Below, piece after piece: positions 1 to 8,584 of a stretch of 45,856 bases of DNA. The notes under the pieces are model-generated. The model searched no databases, had not been told where the DNA came from, and saw only the letters and a list, made by a program, of their open reading frames with translations. The position numbers and the translations under genes are program-made. Origin of the DNA: Candidatus Deferrimicrobium sp. (GTDB lineage Bacteria; Caldisericota; Caldisericia; Cryosericales; Cryosericaceae); the NCBI GenBank assembly GCA_035649095.1, contig DASRKF010000142.1, forward strand, positions 1 to 45,856, in the 5' to 3' direction. Every line of letters begins with the position of its first letter. The stretch's first letter is position 1.

Positions 1-66
1 CTCCAGGGACAGCCGGGGTACCGCGGCAAGACTCTCCTGGCGCAGACGTGCAACACGCTCATTCAT
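1..66 (-). CDS. Glycyl radical enzyme (PFL2/HypD-like), N-terminus only; runs off the window edge
   Basis: Reverse strand reads MNERVARLRQESLAAVPRLSLE after GGAGG, directly downstream of a GRE activase. This is a typical GRE N-terminal helix. Not in the ORF track. Confidence 0.75.
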   Translation of the reverse strand, partial: MNERVARLRQESLAAVPRLSLE

Positions 67-67
67 G

Positions 68-964
68 CTATCCTCCCACCGATGCTTCGATACCGGCGTC
101 TGCAAACACCCGCCGGATATTTTCCATGGTTTCCACCGAAGGAGGCTGCAGTTCGGCCAGCTGATACGGTCTTCCGAGCCTCCGGTACTTGTCCGTCCCG
201 ATGCGGTGATAGGGAAGCAGGTCAATGCGGTGCAACCCCAGACGATCCATCATCAAAACCATCAGGTCGACATTCTCCCTGTCGTCGTTGAGCCCCGGTA
301 TCACGGGAAATCGTACGACGACATGAGCATGGACTGCTGCCAGCGCTGCGAGGTTCGTAAGAATTGTCTCGTTTCCCACCCCTGTCGATTCTCCGTGCTG
401 CGCGGTATCCATCAACTTGACGTCATACAGGAACAGGTCGACCTTGTCCGCCATCCCCAGCAATTCCCCCTGGTCAGTCATCCCACAGGTCTCGACCGCA
501 GTCGATATGCCCTGTTCTCGACACGCCTCAAGCAGATTTCTCAGGAATGCCGCCTGCATGAAGGGCTCGCCACCGGAGAACGTGACACCACCACCCGACT
601 CCTCGAAGAACACGCGGTCCCGAACAAGCTCGCTCATCACCTCTGCCACCGTCATGGTCCTTCCCGCAATCGTCCTGGCCCCGGCGAGACAGGCGTCGAC
701 ACACTGTCCACATGCGGTACACGCCTCAGTGGCTCCGGGTACTCCACCCTCCAGGATTGCCGCATGCGTCGGGCATACTGTCAGGCAATCCTCACACCCG
801 GTACACCGTTCCGCTGTGATCATAAGTTCGGGGCGGGAGCCCTGGCTTTCGGGGTTGTGGCACCACCGGCAAGCCAGCGGACAGCCCTTAAGGAACACGA
901 CCGTGCGGATCCCCGGCCCATCATGTAAAGCATAGTGCATGACATTGAACACCATACCACTCAT
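68..964 (-). CDS. Glycyl-radical enzyme activating enzyme (radical SAM with ferredoxin insert)
   Basis: HDGPGIRTVVFLKGCPLACRWCHNPE motif, two CxxCxxCxxxC clusters, GGVTFSGGEP. Confidence 0.95.
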   Translation of the reverse strand: MSGMVFNVMHYALHDGPGIRTVVFLKGCPLACRWCHNPESQGSRPELMITAERCTGCEDCLTVCPTHAAILEGGVPGATEACTACGQCVDACLAGARTIAGRTMTVAEVMSELVRDRVFFEESGGGVTFSGGEPFMQAAFLRNLLEACREQGISTAVETCGMTDQGELLGMADKVDLFLYDVKLMDTAQHGESTGVGNETILTNLAALAAVHAHVVVRFPVIPGLNDDRENVDLMVLMMDRLGLHRIDLLPYHRIGTDKYRRLGRPYQLAELQPPSVETMENIRRVFADAGIEASVGG

Positions 965-1282
965 CCGTATACTCTACACGACCTTTTCATACATGATACC
1001 GCTTGTCGCCGTTTCATGCAGTCATTCTACCACAACACGCGGCAAGGTCATATTGTCCACATGATGATCCTTCCACAACCGCCTCCACCCCCTCTGTGGA
1101 CAAGACGGCCATCGCTGGCAAAACGACCATCAGCTTGTCATCGTGACGCTGGAGGGGAAGTTCGCCTACACATTCAAACCATTGATGAACGCCACGGATG
1201 TGGCCAATCTGTTCGCCCAGGTGTTTGGCGCTATGGTGACATTGCGGCAGGAGTCTGTCGGGGCAGGGTCCTTTGTGCTTGA

Positions 1283-1310
1283 TTGCCCTTTGTGTCTGCT
1301 CGCCTACAAT
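1283..1310 (+). promoter_or_regulatory. Putative sigma70 promoter of the moaD-like gene
   Basis: TTGCCC-N16-TACAAT followed by GAGGTG RBS and ATG. Confidence 0.5.
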
Positions 1311-1325
1311 GGTTGCTGAGGTGAG

Positions 1326-1598
1326 ATGATGGCGACGGTGACGGTGAGAGTGTATCTGGCAGAAGACTTCAAACAGGGACCCGTTCCACTCTCAGCCTCG
1401 ACGTATATCGAGGCGCTGCGAAGCCTTGTTGCGCAGTATCCCGTCCTCAAGGACGTCATCCTCACCAGGGAAATGAAGCTGAAGCGGGACTACATCTACC
1501 TGCTCAACGGAAGAAGCGTCGAGTTTCTGGGCAAGGAAGATGCGCTACTCAAGGACGGCGACACCCTTTCGCTGTTTCCACCGATCGGCGGTGGCTAG
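1326..1598 (+). CDS. moaD: MoaD/ThiS family sulfur-carrier protein
   Basis: 90 aa ubiquitin-like pattern (LLNGR...LKDGDTLSLFPPIGGG) ending in GG; adjacent to the AOR operon. Confidence 0.85.
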   Translation: MMATVTVRVYLAEDFKQGPVPLSASTYIEALRSLVAQYPVLKDVILTREMKLKRDYIYLLNGRSVEFLGKEDALLKDGDTLSLFPPIGGG

Positions 1599-1600
1599 AC

Positions 1601-1629
1601 AGGCCAGGCGCTCGACGAGCGCCTGGCCT
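1601..1629. terminator. Bidirectional terminator-like hairpin between convergent genes
   Basis: AGGCCAGGCGCTC-gac-GAGCGCCTGGCCT, perfect 13-bp stem. Confidence 0.65.
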
Positions 1630-1646
1630 TGCGGCAAGGTGACCCT

Positions 1647-2876
1647 TTACAGAGCTACCTTGAAAACGGACGGATACAAGTCTGCGTGCGCAATGGTTCC
1701 GTGCAGGACAGGATTGATCATGGAGCTGATGTCGGTCTGGTCTCTCATCATCCTGAGATAGACGCCGGGATTGACGACACCTTCTCCGACGAAGACAAAG
1801 CCTTTCAACCGGCCGTCCTTGACGACGATCTTCCTGTACTCGCCGTCACCCACCTTCCTGTAGACATCACCTTCGTCATGTGTGCTGATCCCGCCGGTGA
1901 AGATGGTCTGTCCAAAAACCATCAAGATATTCCTGAGGACATCACCACCGTAGGGCATCTCCATGCCGAGCATATTCTCAGCAGCGTTGTTTGCTTGCTC
2001 TATGGCCACGGGCCAGAGAGCATGAAGCGTTTTCTGGCCCAGCAGGATGTCGTCCGTCTCGACAGCATCCCCCGCGCCATAGATACCCGGTACACTTGTC
2101 TCAAGATACCGTCCAAGAACGACACCTTTGTTGAGCCGTACATCCGTTCCCTTGAGAAAGCCGGTGTTGGGGCGCACGCCTTTGCCATAGACGACGCAGG
2201 AGCCGCTGAGAACTTTTCCTGATGCGAGCTTCACCTCCAGGGCGCCATCCTTCTCCTCGATTTCCTGGATGTCCTCGCCCTTGAGCAGCTCCACATCGAG
2301 TCCTGCAAACGACTTCTCGATGATTGCAGAAGCTTCTCGATCGACGATCTGGGACAGGACCCTGTCCGAGGAAATGACATAGGTCACAGGGATACCAAGC
2401 TTCACAAGAGCATCGCCTATTTCAGCATTGACCAGTCCGGCGCCTGCCAGAATGACTCTCTTCTGTGTCGACTCCGCTATTCTCTTCCGAATGACCTCAA
2501 TATCTCCGATATTCCTGACGCCGACCACCGAAGGAAGTCTGGAACCGGGGATATCGGGGATGAACGGAGATGTACCCGTTGCTATCAGGAGTCTGTCATA
2601 GTCGAGCTGCTCGCCATCTTTAGTATGGACGGTTTTCGACACCGTATCGACCCCGTCGACGTACTTGTTGAGGGCAATCTCGACCCCGTCCACGGAAGGC
2701 AGCATGCAGTTCTCAAACCAGGTCATCCCGGAAAGGATGTAGGGAAGGGACATCTTGCCATACGGCCGGACCCCTTCTCCTGAGAGGACGATCACCTCCT
2801 GCTCCGGGCTGAGTTTCTTTATCTTCGCTGCAGCCGTTATTCCGGCGACAGAGGCGCCGATGATCACATGTCTCAT
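1647..2876 (-). CDS. FAD-dependent pyridine nucleotide oxidoreductase (AorC-like subunit)
   Basis: Start MRHVIIGASVAG overlaps the AOR stop (ATGA); YDRLLIATG and TSVPGIYGAGD motifs. Confidence 0.9.
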   Translation of the reverse strand: MRHVIIGASVAGITAAAKIKKLSPEQEVIVLSGEGVRPYGKMSLPYILSGMTWFENCMLPSVDGVEIALNKYVDGVDTVSKTVHTKDGEQLDYDRLLIATGTSPFIPDIPGSRLPSVVGVRNIGDIEVIRKRIAESTQKRVILAGAGLVNAEIGDALVKLGIPVTYVISSDRVLSQIVDREASAIIEKSFAGLDVELLKGEDIQEIEEKDGALEVKLASGKVLSGSCVVYGKGVRPNTGFLKGTDVRLNKGVVLGRYLETSVPGIYGAGDAVETDDILLGQKTLHALWPVAIEQANNAAENMLGMEMPYGGDVLRNILMVFGQTIFTGGISTHDEGDVYRKVGDGEYRKIVVKDGRLKGFVFVGEGVVNPGVYLRMMRDQTDISSMINPVLHGTIAHADLYPSVFKVAL

Positions 2877-4690
2877 GACAGGTCTTCGAGTCCCAGTTCC
2901 TTCAGTCTTTCCTTCGTAGGAACGCTGTCCTCGCCCCATCCTCTCAGAGAATAGTACTCACCCAGCATCTTATCGAGCTCTTCGATTTCGCCTTTGGAAG
3001 GGCCTGATGGGATCGGCTCCTTGAGGATTCTCAGAGGCAGAGTGTCGTCCTTCCCGGTGAGCCCTGACTTCAGGTTGAAGAGTTTCTCCATGTTCCAGAT
3101 TCTCTCGCCGATCTTCAGGAACTCCTTGTCGTCACAGTCAAAACCGGTAGCAGCTGAGTAAAGTTGTGCAAGGTCCTTTGCCTGCAGTCCAAATGTCGTA
3201 AACAGGCACGTCCCCGTAGAATCAAGTGCTGCTGTCAAGTCCTGCAGGAACTTGGTGACAGCCGCCTTGCCCTCATAAGCCAATCTGTCAAGACCCGGGG
3301 AGAGTATTTCGGCAGCTATGGTATAGCCCCTGACATGACAGGCTCCTCTATTGCTGGTTGCATATTCCAGACCGATTCCTTTGATGCCTCTCGGGTCATA
3401 GGCAGGAAACTCCTGCTTCTTCACCGACATGGACAGCTCTGGATGTCCATAGTGCTCAGCAAGTCGGTAGGAACCCTGCGCGAGCAGTCTTCCAAACTCA
3501 TCCTTCTGCTCTCCCATTGCTCGTATTGATTCTACAACTGCATCCGCGTCGCCGAACCTCAGAGGGAAGGGCGCATCCTTGGCAGGCATGTACCCCTTTT
3601 CATAGAGCTCCATCGCACAGGCAACCGTTGATCCGGCAGAGATCGTATCGAGGCCGTACCGATCGCAGAGGTAGTTTGCCATGGTGACAGCATCGAGGTC
3701 CGAGTTGCCACACATTGCACCAAGTGACCAGATAGACTCCCACTCGGGCCCACCACCGTGCTCGCCTTTGTACTTGCCTTCTTTGATTGCAGTGACTCTT
3801 CCGCAGGCAATAGAGCAGTCAGAGCAACCTTCATTGCGTACCAGGTTGCGCGCCCGTAGCGTCTCACCACTTATCTTGTCCGCCTCAGGAAGATATGCAT
3901 CCTGCGCATTTCGCACAGGCATTGAACCAGTGGAGTTTATGATGTTCACAAGAACTGCAGTTCCATACAGAGGAAGTCCTCCACTTGCAACGGGATTCTG
4001 TGCAAGGATCTCTCTTGTTGCCCGCACAGCCTCTGCAAACTTGTCATGATCAGCGACGGTGACGCCCAGATTTCCTCGTACAACAATACCCTTGAGGTTC
4101 TTGCTGCCAACGACGGCGCCGACACCTGTCCTGCCCGAAGCTCTGTGCCCATTGAACATGACATTGGCGATCATGGACATCTTCTCGCCGGCAGGTCCAA
4201 TCTCCATCGTCTCGGCTTCGAGATGTGTTTCCTCTCTCATCAGCTGATCAGACTCGTTGACGAGTTTTCCCCAGAGGTGTTTGGCATCACGGAACTCAAC
4301 CTTTCCTTTGTTGATCCAGAGGTACACGGGCTCACTGGACTTTCCCTCCAGGATAATCATGTCATATCCGGTTCTCTTCAGCATCGGTCCAAAATATCCG
4401 CCGGCATTCGAGCAGGCGATCGTGCCGTTGAGTGGTCCCTTGGTGATCACCATGACCCGGCCTGACGACGGCGCTGTCGTACCATCCAGAGGACCTGTTG
4501 CAATGACAACCTTGTTCTCAGGGGCAAGGGGGTCGACCTTTGGGTCGATTTCATCACAGATGATTCTCGTGCCGTACCCTCTGCCGCCGATGTATCTCTT
4601 TGCCCAGTCTTCCCGTAGAGCTTCTTCCTTCACGACGTGGTCCGTGAGATTCACTCTCAGGATCTTGCCCTGATAGCCGCCGTCGATCAT
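2873..4690 (-). CDS. aor: Aldehyde:ferredoxin oxidoreductase (tungstopterin enzyme)
   Basis: 605 aa; YIGGRG, GRTGVGAVVGSKNLK, CxxCxxxC, GLDTIS, RGACH and DDTLP motifs. Confidence 0.97.
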   Translation of the reverse strand: MIDGGYQGKILRVNLTDHVVKEEALREDWAKRYIGGRGYGTRIICDEIDPKVDPLAPENKVVIATGPLDGTTAPSSGRVMVITKGPLNGTIACSNAGGYFGPMLKRTGYDMIILEGKSSEPVYLWINKGKVEFRDAKHLWGKLVNESDQLMREETHLEAETMEIGPAGEKMSMIANVMFNGHRASGRTGVGAVVGSKNLKGIVVRGNLGVTVADHDKFAEAVRATREILAQNPVASGGLPLYGTAVLVNIINSTGSMPVRNAQDAYLPEADKISGETLRARNLVRNEGCSDCSIACGRVTAIKEGKYKGEHGGGPEWESIWSLGAMCGNSDLDAVTMANYLCDRYGLDTISAGSTVACAMELYEKGYMPAKDAPFPLRFGDADAVVESIRAMGEQKDEFGRLLAQGSYRLAEHYGHPELSMSVKKQEFPAYDPRGIKGIGLEYATSNRGACHVRGYTIAAEILSPGLDRLAYEGKAAVTKFLQDLTAALDSTGTCLFTTFGLQAKDLAQLYSAATGFDCDDKEFLKIGERIWNMEKLFNLKSGLTGKDDTLPLRILKEPIPSGPSKGEIEELDKMLGEYYSLRGWGEDSVPTKERLKELGLEDLS

Positions 4691-5178
4691 GGGTTCACCC
4701 CCTTCGCCATCTCCGCTGCAATGCGTCTGTACGTCTGTGCAACCCCCTGCTGCTTGCTGGAGACAACATCCTCGACTTCAACATACGTCAGCGCCTCGGC
4801 CTTGCAGACCTTGACGCAGGCAGGATCTCCGCTGCAATGGTCACACTTGATGATCTCCTTGCCCAGATGATTGATCCTGATGGAGCCCCAGGGACATGCT
4901 ACGATGCACTGCTTGCAGCCGATGCATTTCTCTTTGAGGAAGTCCACAAGACCTGTTGTGGTATTCCTGACCAGTGCCGCTGTAGGGCAGACCTGCGCGC
5001 AATACGGCGTTTCGCATTGGCTGCATACCGTCGGGACAAACATCAGGTCTTCGTGAAATGTGATCACGTTGACGCGGGAATCCAGTGGATTGAAGACCCC
5101 CGACTTCTCGAACGAACAGGCGTCCATACATGCCCTGCATCCGGTACACTTCGCCGGCTCAAGCACAAGTACCTTCAT
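4687..5178 (-). CDS. 4Fe-4S dicluster electron-transfer subunit (AorA/DmsB-like)
   Basis: Four CxxCxxC-type clusters; start MKVLVLEP after GGAGG; overlaps the aor start. Confidence 0.93.
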   Translation of the reverse strand: MKVLVLEPAKCTGCRACMDACSFEKSGVFNPLDSRVNVITFHEDLMFVPTVCSQCETPYCAQVCPTAALVRNTTTGLVDFLKEKCIGCKQCIVACPWGSIRINHLGKEIIKCDHCSGDPACVKVCKAEALTYVEVEDVVSSKQQGVAQTYRRIAAEMAKGVNP

Positions 5179-5199
5179 GCTCACGCCTCCCTGTTTCGA

Positions 5200-5293
5200 T
5201 TCCCTTTCCGAATGCGGGAGGTATAAGAGTTTTCCCTTATGCCCTATTGGCTTCACTCCGTAGCAACTGCCGTAGGCCATGAAGCTCGGGTGC
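5200..5293 (-). ncRNA. Moco-family riboswitch, P3-less (tungsten cofactor, Tuco-type) variant
   Basis: Minus strand reads cCCGAGcuuc-auggCCUAcG-gcaguug-CUAcGG-agu-gaagc-caau-AGGGcauaag-GGAAAac-ucuuau-ACCUCCCGcauuCGGAAAGGga, which carries the Moco RNA signature blocks, in the 5' leader of an AOR operon. Confidence 0.85.
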
Positions 5294-5297
5294 CTTC

Positions 5298-5325
5298 CTT
5301 GTACCTTTTTTCACAGAATTGTCAA
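5298..5325 (-). promoter_or_regulatory. Sigma70 promoter of the aor operon
   Basis: TTGACA-N16-TACAAG on the minus strand immediately 5' of the riboswitch. Confidence 0.65.
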
Positions 5326-5363
5326 CCGTGTCACCAACGGCAAACGGGAGGTCATATACCAGC

Positions 5364-7253
5364 CTAGCGCTTGTTGGGTGCCTGTTTCGGCTGGATGATA
5401 ATCGTATGCGTCGGCCGTCCGAGTGTGTGACGATACCTGAGCACATGGCCTGCGTCGTCTTTGAGGAAGGTGCCGTCCGTCATCCATACCCTGTACCCAA
5501 ACGGGTACTGTGACGGCGGCACGAAGATCTCGGTGGGTTCGATGACGCCCGGGTCGTGACGGAAGGTGAAACGCAGGACCCTGTGACGCATATCGAAGGA
5601 GAGATGCAAGGGTTCGCCAGCCGTCGCGACCGGATATGGGCGAACGACGGCACACAGCGCCCGTCCCCCACGGTCGAGGACTCTTGTATCACGGCCCTGG
5701 TCCGCACTCCAGATGGACAGGTCTTCGCCGTTCCAGCCGTCGCCCCTCTCATTGGTGTTGCTTGCCGTGTAGTTCCAGATCGTGGTTGAGCAGAGGCTGC
5801 TTTCCACAGCACAAAGACTGCGGTCCATGAGTGCCTCCTGCTCCCGGTAGTCACCAGTACGGAAGGCGCTCCCACCGCGGAGATCATACGGGACGCCGAT
5901 CTCCCCGATGACGGTGGGCCCGTGCAGGCGCTCAGTCCCAGCCTGGCGGATGGCGGTGAGCTGCCAGGCAAAGCTATGGCGTACGGCCCACGGTCCGATG
6001 ACGATCCGGCTGCGCACAGTGTCATAGCCGAGCCATGCACTCGGCCGCTTCAGCAGCAGGGGAACTGCGTCGTACCAGTGCGGCGCGGATACGAACCCCG
6101 AACATCCTTCGCCAACCTGCGGCGGCAAAGACTGTGGTTCCCCCTCGGCAAAAATGAGCGCTTCGAGGTCTACCGCCCGCACAGCGTCTGCATAGCGCCG
6201 TATGAACGGGACCAGGTAGTCGCGCTCGAAATCAACGTCTCGTCCGCCGACGTGCGAAAAGTAGTCTGGAGCGAGCACATGGGGGTTGCCCTCATCATCC
6301 ACCGTCCAGACCCCGTGGTCGCGCCAGATGCAGGACCTGCCTTCTTTCCACGCCCGCACGCGTCCTGTGTTGAGCCTTCGGTGTCCTTGCAGCCGTGCGC
6401 CGCTCCGTCCCATGCCCCAGACGCCCACCTCCTGCTCCAGCCCGTCGCCCAGGGCAAACGACTGGAGGGGTGTCGGTTGCAGGTCGACCTTCAGCAGGCT
6501 TTCGTGGCCCGTGAGGTCTTTCCTGCCGATGTACCCGTGTGACGGCTCATTGAACGTGTCATAGCCGAGGACGCAGGGCATCCCCTTCAAGCGTTGCATG
6601 ACCTGGACAACGGCGTCCACATAGTGCCGCTGCAGGTACTCCTGGACTGGTTCGCCCTCGACGAGAAGGTGTGGGGCGAAGTCGTTGCCTCCGAAGAAGA
6701 GTGTGAACATCGTCGCGGACGCCAGCCGATCCGCATTGCTCGGCCAGATGACACTGGAGAACGGGTCTCCGTGCGTCTGATGAACGATGGCGGCACACGT
6801 GTCTGCAAACCGGGTCATGTCGAAGCCGACCGCCTCCAGCGTCCAGCCGGGGGCCCCGTCGCCTCCCGTGAACCTGCTCCAGACGTCCTGGTGAGGGTCG
6901 ATGAACACGGTGAAACCCATCTCCCCGGCCAGCCGGACGACCCGCTCGATGTAGTCCAGGTACTCAGTATCGTAGAGCCCCGGCCCCGCGTGCTCGATCG
7001 CCTCCCATGTCACCAGGAACCGCAGGAGTGTCAGCCCCCAGGATTTGAGACGCGACAGGTGTTCGACAGCTTCCGAGAGAGGAAACGGCCGGCCCACGAA
7101 CGAGACCATGCGGTGGTCGAAGAACCCTTGGGCTAGATGCGTCGCTCCATCCGGGATGACCGGGACCTTGCTGTCTCCTCCGAGGTTGACGCCACGCAGG
7201 AGGAGCGTGCGCCCCACGTCGTCCTTGAACCAGTTGCCGTCAGGATGCAGCAT
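5364..7253 (-). CDS. Glycoside hydrolase family 5 (endoglycoceramidase/steryl-glucosidase-like) with C-terminal beta-sandwich
   Basis: LRGVNLGG, TWEAIEH, DPHQDVWSR, acid/base FNEP, nucleophile IGEIG, WNGEDLS, RPYP. Confidence 0.9.
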   Translation of the reverse strand: MLHPDGNWFKDDVGRTLLLRGVNLGGDSKVPVIPDGATHLAQGFFDHRMVSFVGRPFPLSEAVEHLSRLKSWGLTLLRFLVTWEAIEHAGPGLYDTEYLDYIERVVRLAGEMGFTVFIDPHQDVWSRFTGGDGAPGWTLEAVGFDMTRFADTCAAIVHQTHGDPFSSVIWPSNADRLASATMFTLFFGGNDFAPHLLVEGEPVQEYLQRHYVDAVVQVMQRLKGMPCVLGYDTFNEPSHGYIGRKDLTGHESLLKVDLQPTPLQSFALGDGLEQEVGVWGMGRSGARLQGHRRLNTGRVRAWKEGRSCIWRDHGVWTVDDEGNPHVLAPDYFSHVGGRDVDFERDYLVPFIRRYADAVRAVDLEALIFAEGEPQSLPPQVGEGCSGFVSAPHWYDAVPLLLKRPSAWLGYDTVRSRIVIGPWAVRHSFAWQLTAIRQAGTERLHGPTVIGEIGVPYDLRGGSAFRTGDYREQEALMDRSLCAVESSLCSTTIWNYTASNTNERGDGWNGEDLSIWSADQGRDTRVLDRGGRALCAVVRPYPVATAGEPLHLSFDMRHRVLRFTFRHDPGVIEPTEIFVPPSQYPFGYRVWMTDGTFLKDDAGHVLRYRHTLGRPTHTIIIQPKQAPNKR

Positions 7254-7285
7254 CGCCCCGCTCGAAGGGAGTCATGCGCCTGCCC

Positions 7286-7765
7286 TCACCGAGTCCCTGT
7301 GGCGTCCATCGTACGCGCAGTACGTGCCGAGAGTGGCAAGAGGTCGAGGACCGCTGCCGTTTCATCCCCGGTCAGCCCGAACAGGTCCATGTGTTCCCCA
7401 TAGTCCTGCAGGACGAAAACCTGGTCTCCGTCACGTGTCAGGGCTATCTGCCACCACCAGAGAGACTCGTGGCCGGAACCGTGTCCCCCGACGACAGCCC
7501 TGGTGACCTCAGGGGTGACGGCACCCCAGAACATCAGGGCTCCGTCTTCACGTCTCCGTTCGATCGTCTCAGCGACCGGCATGAGCAGCTTGATAGCATC
7601 GGTGTCTTCTCGCAGACAGACGACCTCAAAGGTTCCCGAGCGACGCAGGACAAACTCGGCGAGGGGGACCCAGAACGCTGTTGAAACCGACGCTTCAATG
7701 CCGGGCAGCATGCCCCTCAGCTCAGGAATCGTGATGTGCAGCGATGTGAGTTTGTCGGTCGTCAT
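7286..7765 (-). CDS. Hypothetical protein
   Basis: 159-aa ORF from MTTDKL, co-oriented with its neighbours; no recognisable motif. Confidence 0.6.
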   Translation of the reverse strand: MTTDKLTSLHITIPELRGMLPGIEASVSTAFWVPLAEFVLRRSGTFEVVCLREDTDAIKLLMPVAETIERRREDGALMFWGAVTPEVTRAVVGGHGSGHESLWWWQIALTRDGDQVFVLQDYGEHMDLFGLTGDETAAVLDLLPLSARTARTMDATGTR

Positions 7766-7766
7766 G

Positions 7767-7871
7767 TCACAGCAGGCCGTATTCGTCCAGAAGCTGGAGC
7801 AACGGTGCCTCCAGCATAACGTGGACATCTCGTGCAACAGTCTCAGACACCATCGTTCTCCCTGTTCTCAT
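7767..7871 (-). CDS. Possible small protein (34 aa)
   Basis: MRTGRTMVSETVARDVHVMLEAPLLQLLDEYGLL*; TGgTATCAT -10 box 5 nt upstream; the stop lies 1 nt before the next ATG. Confidence 0.3.
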   Translation of the reverse strand: MRTGRTMVSETVARDVHVMLEAPLLQLLDEYGLL

Positions 7872-7917
7872 GCGATATGATACCAGACACCATCAGTGTA
7901 TCCCGCGCGGCGGGTAA

Positions 7918-8499
7918 TCAAGAGACTCCGCCGGTCGTGTCACGGACGAACCGGGCCAGGTCCTGCCAGGGCCCGATCTCGAAGAAGCGCCGCGCCAGAC
8001 CGGAGGTCGATGGCAGGACCCACACCACTGTTCGCCCGACGCAGTCCGGCTGTCGACCCAGCACGGCGCGCCACCCCAGGAATTGAGCCGCCACGGTCCT
8101 GCTGGTGAACGCCAGCACGCGCGGCTGCCACCGCAGGACCTTTGCCCTGAGCAGTCTGCGCGCCTCGTCCATGTCGACATGGCCGTCGAAGATGTGCACG
8201 TCCTGCCCGTGATCGGTTTTGACCAGGTCGGTCAGTCCAATCCCCCAGTCGACCAGCTGCGGGTATTCCTCAGCCACAAGCCGGCGAGGCGTCAGTCCGA
8301 CCTCTGCCAGGGTCTGCCAGAAACGATTGCCCGGCTTGGCATAGTAGGCCCTTCGCTCCCAGGAGACATCCCCCAGCGCCGAACCGCAGAAGACGACACT
8401 CAGACCATCAGTCAGTACGTCCGGGATGAGCTCTCCGGCCCCGTCGCCATCAAGCGCTGGTTCCAGCTCGCTCCCGCCCTGTTCATGTCGATATCTCAT
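7918..8499 (-). CDS. mug: Mismatch-specific uracil/thymine DNA glycosylase (MUG family)
   Basis: IPDVL..GL.VVFCG, YYAKPGNRFW, GIGLTDLVK, VLPSTSG motifs. Confidence 0.88.
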   Translation of the reverse strand: MRYRHEQGGSELEPALDGDGAGELIPDVLTDGLSVVFCGSALGDVSWERRAYYAKPGNRFWQTLAEVGLTPRRLVAEEYPQLVDWGIGLTDLVKTDHGQDVHIFDGHVDMDEARRLLRAKVLRWQPRVLAFTSRTVAAQFLGWRAVLGRQPDCVGRTVVWVLPSTSGLARRFFEIGPWQDLARFVRDTTGGVS

Positions 8500-8584
8500 A
8501 TTTTCAGTATAGCAGTGTGAAGCCGACGGCTTGCAAAAATCGCTCCGGACTGTAGTCTCAGGAAAACGACATCGAGGAGTTCCT

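Noticed and set aside
1098-1319. Protein-like open frame in the intergenic region upstream of moaD
   Set aside because: No convincing start or RBS and no recognisable family; it overlaps the moaD promoter. At most a remnant.
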